Of a stretch of 48,287 nt of DNA, positions 1-8,860 are shown piece by piece. The stretch's first letter is position 1; every line of letters begins with the position of its first letter. The notes under the pieces were generated by a model. It did no database searches and was not told the DNA's origin. It saw only the letters and a program-made list of their open reading frames with translations. Source of the stretch: Klebsiella phage HZJ32; the sequence record PQ821643.1. One strand, 5' to 3'. The translations under genes were made by a program, and so were the position numbers.

Positions 1-62
1 CCAGTTCCGGTAACTGTTCCGTCTGCGGCCATAGCCGCCTTGCCTTCTCTGTATAGTGCCAT
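1..62. repeat. 62-bp terminal direct repeat, copy 1 (identical to 48226-48287); circular-contig overlap
   Basis: ccagttccggtaactg...gtatagtgccat is present identically at both ends of the window. Confidence 0.97.
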
Positions 63-117
63 GTTTTTATTCCTCTTTGGTTGTCTTAGTAACGCAGATA
101 ATAGCATCAATGAACAG

Positions 118-142
118 AAAAAAAAAGGAGCCTTGCGGCCCC
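118..142 (-). terminator. Rho-independent terminator downstream of the SSB gene
   Basis: Minus strand reads ggggcc-gcaa-ggctcc followed by an 8-9 nt T run. Confidence 0.7.
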
Positions 143-155
143 TTTAGTTGTCAAA

Positions 156-623
156 TCAGAACGGGATATCATCATCGAAATCCATGCCCTGATTACCACC
201 ACCGCTTTGCGGCTTCGGTTGTTGTTGTTGTTGCGGCTTCGGTTGCTGAGGCTGGCCCCACCCACCCTGCTGATTACCGCCGCCCTGCGTTGGTTCGCGC
301 TGGCTGAATTCCAATTGCGGCATAATCATTTCATTGTGGCTGTAAGTAGCGCCGTTGTGCTCGCGGTTTACGATCTGAAGTGTCCGGCAGGTGACGCTAA
401 TAACCTTGTCCACCTGCAACGCTTCATCGTACCACGCAATCATGCTTTCCTTCGCAAAGAAGACGGCGCGATAGTTGGTGTATACAGTTTCGTCCTGGCC
501 GTCGCGATTGCGGATCTTCATTCTCTCCGACAGGTCGACCGCATACATCTTCCACGGCCCGTTATTGTTGCTGCCCTCTTTTACGTAAGGCGCTTTTCGG
601 ATTACCCCTGTTACAACATGCAT
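156..623 (-). CDS. ssb: Single-stranded DNA-binding protein
   Basis: 155 aa, Gln/Gly/Pro-rich linker and acidic C-terminal tip DDDIPF typical of SSB; sits beside ERF and exonuclease genes. Confidence 0.85.
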   Translation of the reverse strand: MHVVTGVIRKAPYVKEGSNNNGPWKMYAVDLSERMKIRNRDGQDETVYTNYRAVFFAKESMIAWYDEALQVDKVISVTCRTLQIVNREHNGATYSHNEMIMPQLEFSQREPTQGGGNQQGGWGQPQQPKPQQQQQPKPQSGGGNQGMDFDDDIPF

Positions 624-659
624 TTTTATTCCTATGGAGCGGTTTCCCGCCCGGTTAAA

Positions 660-1316
660 TTAGTTGAAAGATGAGATATCTTGTGCTTCAGGTTCAGGCT
701 TTGATTCTACCTGTTCCGGCTCACGTTTCGCAACCTCTTGCGGCTTGCCGGGGTTAAATCCGTTCGCTGGCGTCACTTTTAGTTGCGCCTGGCGCTTCGT
801 GATATCGTCTTCCGTCACCTTCCATTCCGCATGCGTCAACGTCTGTTTAGCCAGCTTGTAAATCTCGCGGAGAGATTCGAGGTCTTCGCACGCATCAATG
901 CGTTTTTTAAAGTCTTGCGGCTTCATCTTCGCGATCTCTGCGTCATCGTCGGCCTGCTTGATGCCCAGCGCGGCGGCTAACGCATAACGGCGAGCGTATG
1001 AGGTCGTCGAGCCATATGCTTGCTCAACGGTTTTGCTGATCGGCATGTTGAACTGAAACGCCATCCACTCGCCAGATTCATGCAGGAACATCGTTTCAAG
1101 GTGCATAACCTTGTCGGTGCTGGTATCCATCATTGATTGAATGACCATAATTTTGTTCTTTTCCAGCGATGGCCCGATGGCGTCCAGGATATCGCCGAGA
1201 TTGGCATAGGTGTTGCCCAGGTGGCTATTCTTCCCGCTTTTCTTCGCGGCAACGAAGCCAGACTTCGCTTTGATTAACGCAACGGCGATCTCTTTGAAAC
1301 TTTCAGATGTACGCAT
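660..1316 (-). CDS. erf: ERF-superfamily single-strand annealing recombinase
   Basis: ERF-like core ...GNTYANLGDILDAIGPSLEKN...YGSTTSYARRYALAAALGI...; beside exonuclease and SSB. Confidence 0.85.
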   Translation of the reverse strand: MRTSESFKEIAVALIKAKSGFVAAKKSGKNSHLGNTYANLGDILDAIGPSLEKNKIMVIQSMMDTSTDKVMHLETMFLHESGEWMAFQFNMPISKTVEQAYGSTTSYARRYALAAALGIKQADDDAEIAKMKPQDFKKRIDACEDLESLREIYKLAKQTLTHAEWKVTEDDITKRQAQLKVTPANGFNPGKPQEVAKREPEQVESKPEPEAQDISSFN

Positions 1317-1349
1317 GACAAACTTTCCTTTTCCTGATTGGTGGAGCGC

Positions 1350-1391
1350 ACTATATCACAAGTGCGCCGTAGTGTTTAGCTATTTGTGCCG
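1350..1391 (-). promoter_or_regulatory. Cassette promoter a (upstream of erf)
   Basis: Minus strand CGGCACAAATAGCTAAA ... TATAGT; 75 nt from element to ATG (1316). Confidence 0.55.
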
Positions 1392-2422
1392 TATACTTCC
1401 GGGAACATGTATTTCACGAATTGCGGCGTGGGCAACTTCACTTCCGCTGCGTTCGATTCGTATGACGGCCAAACGTCATGCTTGACGCATTCGGCGTACT
1501 GGTGAATCACGCTTTGATACTGCTTCCGCCCGATCTCAATCTGCTGATCCGTTAACGTGAACGCGAGAGGCGCGAACGGTGATTTTTTCTCCTGCGTCAG
1601 CAGGCGGACAACAACCGGGCGTTTTTCGTTGTACGTCTTAACGAACAGATCGCGCTGCAATGCCATTTTGAGATAGTAGCCCAGGTTGAACGCCAGCCGC
1701 CCGAAGTCATCCGGTTTAGAGGTCTGAGTAGTTTTGTAGTCGGTAATCACCACCACTTCGAAAACTTCATCCGGGTTAAACCCCCACTCTTTGATGAGTT
1801 CGGGATCCGACACGACGTCAACATGATCGAGCCGAACCTTTACCGGGACGCCGAAAATTTCGCCGAAGATTGACAACTCGCGTTGCGCTGTATCCGATTC
1901 AATGCACGCAGCGTGCCGTGGGTTAGCCAGCATCACGTTTCGCATTTTTACGACCGCATCGAAATCAGAATCCTTGACCAGCTTTCGGCCTGAGTTGATG
2001 GCGGCGCTTTCGTCGCAGAGTTCGATCGCCCACCACACGTTAACATCAATCCCGGCGCGGTATGCCATTTCCAGCAATTCGGGGTAGTCCTTGTTGGACG
2101 TCCCAATCAGGCCACACGCTTTCAATTTCGCAGACAATGCCGACTTCGAAGTAATCAGATCCTTAACGTCGCCCGGTGCGGTCGCTCGCAGGTATTCGCC
2201 ATTAAATTTGGACGTCTCAAGCATGCAGGTATGGGAGCAAGTACCGAAGGAAAGCGCGGCTGTTTCCTCCCGCTCCTTGTATTTCCAGTGGGCCGGGGAG
2301 GTTGCGTAAATCTCGCCGAGGCTTGAGCCGCTAACGTATCTGGCGCACCAGGAGTTAGGATCGTGGTAATCATCGTTGGATAATTCCGCGTTAGTGTATG
2401 CCTTAAAAATTGCTTCAGCCAT
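1376..2422 (-). CDS. RecE/exodeoxyribonuclease VIII-like PD-(D/E)XK nuclease
   Basis: 348 aa; LSFGTCSHTCMLE, VRLDHVD and VVITDYKTT motifs typical of exoVIII/RecE-like nucleases. Confidence 0.8.
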   Translation of the reverse strand: MAEAIFKAYTNAELSNDDYHDPNSWCARYVSGSSLGEIYATSPAHWKYKEREETAALSFGTCSHTCMLETSKFNGEYLRATAPGDVKDLITSKSALSAKLKACGLIGTSNKDYPELLEMAYRAGIDVNVWWAIELCDESAAINSGRKLVKDSDFDAVVKMRNVMLANPRHAACIESDTAQRELSIFGEIFGVPVKVRLDHVDVVSDPELIKEWGFNPDEVFEVVVITDYKTTQTSKPDDFGRLAFNLGYYLKMALQRDLFVKTYNEKRPVVVRLLTQEKKSPFAPLAFTLTDQQIEIGRKQYQSVIHQYAECVKHDVWPSYESNAAEVKLPTPQFVKYMFPEVYGTNS

Positions 2423-2455
2423 TGATATTGCTCCTATTGTGGTTTCGTTGCGTTA

Positions 2456-2497
2456 AGTATACGCATGACGATTCCGGGTGCAAGGCAAAAAGTGCTA
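2456..2497 (-). promoter_or_regulatory. Cassette promoter b (upstream of RecE-like gene)
   Basis: TAGCACTTTTTGCCTTG ... TATACT; 75 nt to ATG (2422). Confidence 0.55.
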
Positions 2498-2504
2498 TTC
2501 GCCA

Positions 2505-2538
2505 ATTGGTCAAAAAATGAGCGAAATTTACGTAAGAT
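2505..2538 (+). repeat. 34-bp direct repeat, copy 1 (33/34 identity)
   Basis: attggtcaaaaaatgagcgaaatttacgtaagat. Confidence 0.9.
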
Positions 2539-2541
2539 TTA

Positions 2542-2557
2542 GTAAGATGCATCTTAC
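2542..2557. repeat. Perfect 16-bp palindrome GTAAGATGCATCTTAC, copy 1
   Basis: Self reverse-complementary. Confidence 0.95.
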
Positions 2558-2695
2558 GTGATTTTCTTTATATATTTCATGGAGTTAACGCAAATTGGTA
2601 AGATGGTAAGATTCCTATAGGTAAATATTCACAGAAAAATTGGAGAGGAATCGCAAAGCAAAATACATATACCCGAAGAAAATCTTACCTACACA

Positions 2696-2759
2696 GATAG
2701 ATAGAGAGAGAGTAATAATAATAATATAGTTAGATATCATATACTTATATATATTATAT
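2696..2759 (+). repeat. AT-rich block, inverted partner of 19511-19579
   Basis: agatagatagagagagagtaataataataatatagttagatatcatatacttatat... shares tatcatatacttatat and (aat)n with the reverse complement of the distant block. Confidence 0.75.
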
Positions 2760-2767
2760 GGTGCGAT

Positions 2768-2801
2768 ATTGGTTAAAAAATGAGCGAAATTTACGTAAGA
2801 T
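2768..2801 (+). repeat. 34-bp direct repeat, copy 2
   Basis: attggttaaaaaatgagcgaaatttacgtaagat. Confidence 0.9.
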
Positions 2802-2810
2802 GCATCTTAC
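2795..2810. repeat. Perfect 16-bp palindrome GTAAGATGCATCTTAC, copy 2
   Basis: Self reverse-complementary. Confidence 0.95.
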
Positions 2811-2918
2811 CTAATCTTACTTAAAGTGGTCGACCAGTTGGTAAGTTGCTGAATTTTTGGCATAAAAAAAGGTAAGACTGAAATTATCAATCTTACCTAA
2901 AATTTGTTCACGCTTTAA

Positions 2919-3881
2919 TCATAGAAGGGATGATGCCACGTAGAGCTTTCGTTCGAATCCGCCTTTGAAGTTGTCATTGTTCGGCACGATAACTTTCATA
3001 TCGCGTTCTTCAGCCGCCGCCAGCATATCCCGATCTTTCCTGCTGCATACGACTCGCAATTCTCGCTTACCTTCTCCGCCACCCTTTCCTTTATATCGGT
3101 AGGCCACGATCTCAACGTTGGACGGGATGATGCATGCCCACACGTCACACTTAAACGAGCTTGCGATATTGAAGTGCATCGCCTCCACCCAAGAGCGAGC
3201 CAGGTAAATTGGCCCGTTACCGCCTTCGCTCTGATTGGTTACGATCACCGATCCGAAAGTCAGGTCGCCAGCTAACATCTTCTCGCGGCCCTCCTCATCA
3301 ATGAATAAGATGTTGCAGTATTCATCGTCCGGCCCGTCTTCATGTACCAGTCGCATCGGGAGCGCATGAAATAGCTCTTGCCTGCCGTTCTCGTGGGTTT
3401 TTACGCCAACCCGGTATGATTCAACGAACTCATTTTCAATGCCCTCATAGAGCGTTACAGGCGTGCTATCGACGGCCTCCGTTCTGTTCATTATCGCCAC
3501 GACGCGATCGTGATCTGCCATCTTGCCGTAGTCGTACCCGTTATCGCGAGTAACCTGCTTGTTGCGCTTAACTACGTACTCTTGCGGAACTTTGCCCAGG
3601 TATCGCCCAAGAATGTTGATGCACTCGCTATATGGCTCGCCGCTCAACTTCATTAACCATCCGATCCCCTTATCGGCACCGCAGCCGCTGCAATATGCCC
3701 CGCCGTCGCCGCGATTCTCTAATTTGTCAGTCCAGCGGAAGCGATCCTTGCCGCCGCAGTTAGGGCAGTCCTGGTGTTTGCCGTTGAAATAGCGGGAGTG
3801 GATGCCGCAAATATTTTGTAGCGCCTCGCGCCACATCCCCGGCATGTATGGCAAAACCTCTTTTTCGTCGTAAAAATCCAC
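2919..3881 (-). CDS. DNA primase (gp4-like zinc-binding domain plus TOPRIM-like domain)
   Basis: CPNCGGKDRFRW...GGAYCSGCGADKGIGWLM zinc-binding motif and later TOPRIM-like region. Confidence 0.8.
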   Translation of the reverse strand: MDFYDEKEVLPYMPGMWREALQNICGIHSRYFNGKHQDCPNCGGKDRFRWTDKLENRGDGGAYCSGCGADKGIGWLMKLSGEPYSECINILGRYLGKVPQEYVVKRNKQVTRDNGYDYGKMADHDRVVAIMNRTEAVDSTPVTLYEGIENEFVESYRVGVKTHENGRQELFHALPMRLVHEDGPDDEYCNILFIDEEGREKMLAGDLTFGSVIVTNQSEGGNGPIYLARSWVEAMHFNIASSFKCDVWACIIPSNVEIVAYRYKGKGGGEGKRELRVVCSRKDRDMLAAAEERDMKVIVPNNDNFKGGFERKLYVASSLL

Positions 3882-3916
3882 GTCATAACCTCCAAATAAA
3901 AAACGCCCACGCGAGA

Positions 3917-3959
3917 ATCATAACCCGGTAGGCGTTTAGTAGTTAGTCAAATTGTGCTA
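3917..3959 (-). promoter_or_regulatory. Cassette promoter c (upstream of primase; contains the cro stop TAG)
   Basis: TAGCACAATTTGACTAA ... TATGAT; 78 nt to ATG (3881). Confidence 0.6.
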
Positions 3960-4358
3960 TCGGACTACTCGAAGCATTTCTCGGCGGTCGCAGCGGCGCG
4001 TAATCGGCTTGCCGTTGCTGTCGAATCTGAGATCCGGGCGGCAAAATGAAGCCCTGAAGCCTTTGCAGTCATTGCGGCGGTAACTCTTATGAACCAGGTA
4101 AGCACCATCGGCTGAAATCATTCCGCGCTTAATCCACTGCTGAACGACCTGGATGCTAACGCCCAACTCCTTTGCTGTTTTGGCGATGCCGCCGTATGCC
4201 TCGATCACCAATTCCATCCGGGTAGTAAGGCCCGCCCTTACTTCATCCTTCAGTACGTAATAGCCTGTCGGCTTCTTGCGGGGCTTCTTATCTTTCCCGC
4301 GTGACGTCCCGTTATTGCCGTTCAAAGTTCGCTTGTCTACCTTTGCCATTTGTTCCAT
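3957..4358 (-). CDS. Cro/YdaS-like helix-turn-helix transcriptional regulator
   Basis: IEAYGGIAKTAKELGVSIQVVQQWIKRGMIS is a Cro-like HTH; divergent from the helicase gene. Start may be 4349. Confidence 0.65.
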   Translation of the reverse strand: MEQMAKVDKRTLNGNNGTSRGKDKKPRKKPTGYYVLKDEVRAGLTTRMELVIEAYGGIAKTAKELGVSIQVVQQWIKRGMISADGAYLVHKSYRRNDCKGFRASFCRPDLRFDSNGKPITRRCDRREMLRVVR

Positions 4359-4370
4359 AATTTAACCTCA

Positions 4371-4412
4371 CAGCACTTTTTGTTAAACACGATAAAATTT
4401 GCTCTGTATTAT
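4371..4412 (+). promoter_or_regulatory. Cassette promoter d (cro/helicase divergent region)
   Basis: CAGCACTTTTTGTTAAA ... TATTAT; 78 nt to ATG (4449). Confidence 0.65.
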
Positions 4413-4448
4413 ACACGCAACCATGCGAATGACAAATCAGGATTAACC

Positions 4449-6485
4449 ATGCTGACAATTGAACAACAAATTGAAGCCTACGCAGACAAGATCCCATCTA
4501 TTCAAAAGCGGTTCACGGTCGGGAATATCGTTCCGTACCCTTACCAGGCTGTCGCGTACATCGAGACGGCGAAGCGGATCGCGAACTATGAGCATCCGTT
4601 CTACATTAAGGCGTCCGTATCCGCAGGCAAGACAATCATGATCGCCATGCTCGCGGCGCAGTGCAAAACAATGAACTTGCCTATGATGGTTCTCGCCAGG
4701 CAGGCCGAGATCGTGAAGCAGGATTCCGAAGAAATCAGCAACCTTGACGTGCCAAACTCCGTTTATTGCGCCGGGTTAGGCACAAAGGCGGCTTACTTCC
4801 CGATCGTCGTCGGATCCGAAGGGACGGTGGTTAATGGCCTGTTTAAGATGCTTGGCGATTACGTGCCTTCAGTCCTGGCAATCGACGAATGCCATCAGGT
4901 TGACTGGCAAGACCTCGCAGAAGCGATCGCGAACGATGAATCCTTCGAGTACATGAGCCGCGCAAAGGATAAGCCGTATCGCGTGAATGGTGAGATCGTC
5001 GATGCCGATTACCCGTACAACGAAAAGTTCGAAACGGTTGAATTTGGCGGCGGGCGCACTCAATACACCATCGTAATCATCGAGTTAATGCGCCGTTGCC
5101 TTCAGAAGACGGGGCGAGAACTTCGCATCGTTGGCTACACTGGTTCTGAGTTCCGCGGTGTCATTCCGATCTTGCAGGAAGACAAGAGCCAGCCGGGTTT
5201 CTGGCGCGAGCAGATCACGGACATTAACACAAACTACCTTGTCGAATTCGGTTCGGTGGTTCCGACAATCTTTGGTGACACTGAGGCCGACGGCCTGGGC
5301 TATGACCTGTCAGAGTTTCACGGCTCCAGTCAGGACGGCACGCAGGATTTTAGCGCTGAAGACTTGCGCAAGATGGAGAAGAAAATCCACGATTCCGGCG
5401 AAATGACTAAGCTGATTATGCAGAAGGTGGTCGAGCGTGCGCAGACGCGAAACGGCGTGCTTATCACTTGCGCGGGCCAGCGACACTGTAAGGAGGCGGC
5501 GAGCTACTTACCGCCGGACGCCACATACGCGATCATCACAGAGAAGACGAACTCGAAGAAACGCGGTGAAATTCTGGACAAGGCGAACCGTGGCGAGATT
5601 AAGTACATCTTCCAGGTGATGGCCCTAACGACTGGCGTTAACGTTCCGTTTTGGGATTTTTCTGTAATCCTGCGCAAGATCGGTTCTCTGACGTTGCTGA
5701 TTCAGCTTTTGGGGCGAGGAATGCGATTGCTCAAAGACTGGCAGAAGGAAGCGCCCTATTCGTGGGTGAAAGAAGATCACCTTGTCTGGGATTTTGCCGG
5801 AACAATGGATGACCTGGGCCAGTTGTATTTCGATCCGATTCTTGAGCAGGCGCAGTATCAGAAGCGCAAGAGCAGCAAGAACGGCCCGAAAATTTGCCCG
5901 GTCTGCAAAGGCGAAAATAGCGAGTACGCCCGCCGCTGCATCCACAAGGATAGTAACGGCAATCGGTGCGAGTATTTTTGGACGTCCCAGCGCTGCGAAG
6001 ACCAAAAGGATCCGAGGACGGGGAAAATCAAGGTCAAGGGATGCCATGCTGAAAACGACATTGTGGCGCGCCAGTGCAGATGTTGTGGCGTGCAGTTAAA
6101 GGATCCTAACGACAACCTCACCGGGAAGCATTACACGCAAAATGACTGGTATCAGGTTGTAGGCTTTGATTTTGGATTGACACGAAACCAAAGCGGGATC
6201 ATCTTTAATTACGTGTTGCTCAACCATGACGGCGAGCGGTTCACGGCCAGGGAAAAATTCTTTCCTGAGTCAGAAAGCGCGATTTGCGGTAAGTTGTGGC
6301 GACAAAAGGCAGTCTTCCAGCATGTTGATGATGCTGTAATGCGTGGCAAGTTGGGCGGCATGAAAAACGCCCGCAAGATCCTGGAGTATGCGGAATACTT
6401 CCGCGCGCCGAAGCGCGTAACGCATCGCATCAACGGCAAGAAGGAGGACATTATTTCCCGCAAAGACTTTGGAGGCGAGGAGTGA
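4449..6485 (+). CDS. Superfamily 2 DNA helicase
   Basis: KASVSAGKT (Walker A-like), LAIDECHQ (DEAH-like Walker B), LIQLLGRGMR (motif VI), C-terminal Cys clusters. ATG at 4449 chosen over the upstream ORF start. Confidence 0.85.
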   Translation: MLTIEQQIEAYADKIPSIQKRFTVGNIVPYPYQAVAYIETAKRIANYEHPFYIKASVSAGKTIMIAMLAAQCKTMNLPMMVLARQAEIVKQDSEEISNLDVPNSVYCAGLGTKAAYFPIVVGSEGTVVNGLFKMLGDYVPSVLAIDECHQVDWQDLAEAIANDESFEYMSRAKDKPYRVNGEIVDADYPYNEKFETVEFGGGRTQYTIVIIELMRRCLQKTGRELRIVGYTGSEFRGVIPILQEDKSQPGFWREQITDINTNYLVEFGSVVPTIFGDTEADGLGYDLSEFHGSSQDGTQDFSAEDLRKMEKKIHDSGEMTKLIMQKVVERAQTRNGVLITCAGQRHCKEAASYLPPDATYAIITEKTNSKKRGEILDKANRGEIKYIFQVMALTTGVNVPFWDFSVILRKIGSLTLLIQLLGRGMRLLKDWQKEAPYSWVKEDHLVWDFAGTMDDLGQLYFDPILEQAQYQKRKSSKNGPKICPVCKGENSEYARRCIHKDSNGNRCEYFWTSQRCEDQKDPRTGKIKVKGCHAENDIVARQCRCCGVQLKDPNDNLTGKHYTQNDWYQVVGFDFGLTRNQSGIIFNYVLLNHDGERFTAREKFFPESESAICGKLWRQKAVFQHVDDAVMRGKLGGMKNARKILEYAEYFRAPKRVTHRINGKKEDIISRKDFGGEE

Positions 6486-6889
6486 TTACAGACAAAGTGG
6501 ATTACCTCGAATATTACGGCGGGCCTGTAAAGGCTTGCCCACTTGAAAAAATCGACCAGATGAACAGCGTTTCGTGGTTGCGTTACGAATACCCCGATTA
6601 TTTGTTCTGGCATACGGTCAACGAGGGCAGCAAGCACAAGGCGAGCGCCGTTGCAGATCATCAAATGGGATTGCTTAAAGGCGTAAGCGATATCCTTGTT
6701 CTGATTGGTCTGGGCGGAAAATACCCGTTCGCAGCCATTGAACTAAAGCGCCAAGGTAAATCCCAGGCATCTCCAGTGAGCAAGGAGCAACGGGAATTCC
6801 TCGCATCCGTCCGAAGCCGTGGCGGGTTCGCTGCCGTGGCCTATGGATTCGAGCAGTTTAAGATCGCTTTCTGCGATGCCATAAAATAG
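6482..6889 (+). CDS. VRR-NUC domain nuclease
   Basis: 135 aa; GVSDILVL...AAIELKRQGKSQASPVSKEQREFLASVRSRGGFAAVAYG; overlaps helicase end by 4 nt. Confidence 0.8.
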   Translation: MITDKVDYLEYYGGPVKACPLEKIDQMNSVSWLRYEYPDYLFWHTVNEGSKHKASAVADHQMGLLKGVSDILVLIGLGGKYPFAAIELKRQGKSQASPVSKEQREFLASVRSRGGFAAVAYGFEQFKIAFCDAIK

Positions 6890-6929
6890 CACTTTTTGTT
6901 AAAACCTCCCGGCGAAAGTCGGGTAGTAT
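6887..6929 (+). promoter_or_regulatory. Cassette promoter e (upstream of lipoprotein)
   Basis: TAGCACTTTTTGTTAAA ... TAGTAT; 77 nt to ATG (6964); VRR-NUC stop TAG is its first triplet. Confidence 0.65.
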
Positions 6930-6963
6930 TACTGCATAGAAACGAAGAACGGAGTATTGAAAG

Positions 6964-7242
6964 ATGAAAAAGATGCTTGCTTTAATTGTTATGTCTCTTG
7001 GTCTTATTGGTTGCAGCGAAAAACCAAAAACATATATTTGCGGTAACGAAGCATTTGAGGTTACGAGAGATTATATGAAGGTAGTTAGCGGCAAGAGCGC
7101 TGGCGTTTTAATTGATGGCATTGGTGAAAACCAGTATAAGCTGTTTACGCCACTTGGAACGGCTTTTTATACTGTTAACAAAAACACCATTGATATTAAA
7201 GTTAGCGTTTATCAGAACACTCTAACTTGCGAGGTTAAGTAA
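6964..7242 (+). CDS. Small phage lipoprotein
   Basis: Signal peptide MKKMLALIVMSLGLIGC with lipobox-like LIGC. Confidence 0.6.
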   Translation: MKKMLALIVMSLGLIGCSEKPKTYICGNEAFEVTRDYMKVVSGKSAGVLIDGIGENQYKLFTPLGTAFYTVNKNTIDIKVSVYQNTLTCEVK

Positions 7243-7244
7243 TA

Positions 7245-7976
7245 ATGGCAAAAGACACCCAAGACAAAGACACTCACGACGCTTTCACGACGTTTGAACA
7301 GCTTGAACGTGAAACGTTCATAGGCAACGCGCTTGCCACTGGCGGACACTATCAGGCCGTCAAGCCTGATAAATTCTACCAAGTAACGGGCAACCGCTAC
7401 GCAGGGAGCAAGACGCCGGATATCGTCCGCGACAAGTGGTCAACCGATCGCAGCCTTATTGCTTACATGGAGGAGCGTTACGGGCCATACGACCTGGACG
7501 CCGCCGCCGAAGAAAACAACACCGTCTGCAAGAAGTTTTACGACGAAAAGACCGATTGCCTCAAGCGCTGGTGGGGGAAAAATAAGCACGTCTGGCTTAA
7601 TCCGCCTTACTCGTTCCCGGATCCCTTTGTGCTGAAAGCCATTGAGCAGATGGAGCATGACAACCAGATCGATATTTTGCTTCCCGGCGACAACTCTACG
7701 GCGTGGTTCCGAGACGCACAAAAGGCAGCAGCTGAGATCATTTGGATTGTCGCAGACGTCACGGAGGATGAAGACGGAACGCAACTAAGCCGATCCGGTA
7801 GACTGGCCTTCATCAACGGCCTAAGCGGTAAACCAGTCGACAACAACAACAAGGGCAGCGTGATTTTTATCATGCGCAAACTCAAGCCGGGCGAGGAGCA
7901 AAAAACGTTCTACGTCCCGGTAAGCGAAATCTGCCCGTCATTAACTAAAAAGCGCATGCGCAAACGTGGGATCTGA
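7245..7976 (+). CDS. dam: Phage DNA N6-adenine methyltransferase (Dam family)
   Basis: YDLDAAAEENN...KHVWLNPPYSFP, with the NPPY catalytic motif of phage Dam methyltransferases. Confidence 0.85.
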   Translation: MAKDTQDKDTHDAFTTFEQLERETFIGNALATGGHYQAVKPDKFYQVTGNRYAGSKTPDIVRDKWSTDRSLIAYMEERYGPYDLDAAAEENNTVCKKFYDEKTDCLKRWWGKNKHVWLNPPYSFPDPFVLKAIEQMEHDNQIDILLPGDNSTAWFRDAQKAAAEIIWIVADVTEDEDGTQLSRSGRLAFINGLSGKPVDNNNKGSVIFIMRKLKPGEEQKTFYVPVSEICPSLTKKRMRKRGI

Positions 7977-7979
7977 AAA

Positions 7980-8216
7980 ATGGAACAGCTTGAATCTTTC
8001 ACCGAATACCTCCACATCGTCGTTACTCTGCTGGACAAGTACGGCTTCATCGGTACGGATGAAGAAAAGATGGCCTTCGCCGATAGCATCGACGGCACTT
8101 ATCAAGAGTTCATGGATAACGGCACTCCGCTTGCTGACTGGCCCGCGATTCTTGAGCGCGAATTGCTGGATTTTCGGGCGCGTGAAGGTGCGGAATATTT
8201 CGCGAAACAGCACTAA
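7980..8216 (+). CDS. Hypothetical protein (78 aa)
   Basis: Compact ORF directly following dam. Confidence 0.6.
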   Translation: MEQLESFTEYLHIVVTLLDKYGFIGTDEEKMAFADSIDGTYQEFMDNGTPLADWPAILERELLDFRAREGAEYFAKQH

Positions 8217-8250
8217 TTGCTAAACAATGCCCGCAGCGAGCGGGTATTAT
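8208..8250 (+). promoter_or_regulatory. Cassette promoter f
   Basis: CAGCACTAATTGCTAAA ... TATTAT; 73 nt to ATG (8281). Confidence 0.65.
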
Positions 8251-8280
8251 TGTTCCATCAACCAATCAGGAGCTAACGCC

Positions 8281-8517
8281 ATGAACACCAAAACCATTGC
8301 CGACACCATCAAGATCGCACAAGTTAAGCCGCGCATCGTATCGCGCCACCTTATTAACCTTTCTCGCCTGTGCATGGCCGACTACGTGGCGAAGCCTTTA
8401 GAGAATGGCCTTGATGGTGAAATCGGCGCAATCTACTTCCGAGCCGCCCACGGCATCGAAGAAATTCACATGTATGAGCAGATGGCGGAATGCTTCTGCA
8501 TTTACGGTGACGAATAA
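8281..8517 (+). CDS. Hypothetical protein (78 aa)
   Basis: ATG at 8281 after aggagc RBS; promoter-like cassette at 8208-8250. Confidence 0.65.
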   Translation: MNTKTIADTIKIAQVKPRIVSRHLINLSRLCMADYVAKPLENGLDGEIGAIYFRAAHGIEEIHMYEQMAECFCIYGDE

Positions 8518-8765
8518 TGATTGTCGAATCTGGCCGCGCTGCCGTCTGGCAGCATGCCAAGGAGGCTGGCATTAGTGACGATATCGTGATGATCGCAAAG
8601 CATTTCGATATCAAGGATATCTCCATTGTGTTCAATGGGAAATTTACCTATCTTCATGAGCGCCCACTGAAGCGCACGCGTATAGCGGTTGCGACGCGGG
8701 CGGAGGCCGACGCGCTGAAGATGTTCATTAATGAGTCTAAGCAGACCAAAAAATATTACAAGTAG
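8517..8765 (+). CDS. Hypothetical protein (82 aa)
   Basis: Start overlaps the previous stop by 1 nt. Confidence 0.6.
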   Translation: MIVESGRAAVWQHAKEAGISDDIVMIAKHFDIKDISIVFNGKFTYLHERPLKRTRIAVATRAEADALKMFINESKQTKKYYK

Positions 8766-8779
8766 CGGGAGTGTTGAGA

Positions 8780-8857
8780 ATGCGATATATTGCGATCCTG
8801 ATTACGGCGGTGGTTCTCACTATCGCAATCTTTAACTACGCAATTCAATTGGGATAA
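8780..8857 (+). CDS. Candidate 25-aa transmembrane micropeptide MRYIAILITAVVLTIAIFNYAIQLG
   Basis: Fills the gap between flanking genes; hydrophobic. Not in the supplied ORF track because it is short. Confidence 0.4.
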   Translation: MRYIAILITAVVLTIAIFNYAIQLG

Positions 8858-8860
8858 ATT

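Noticed and set aside
5625-6121. Overlapping long ORFs on both strands inside the helicase gene
   Set aside because: Shadow ORFs of a strongly supported SF2 helicase.
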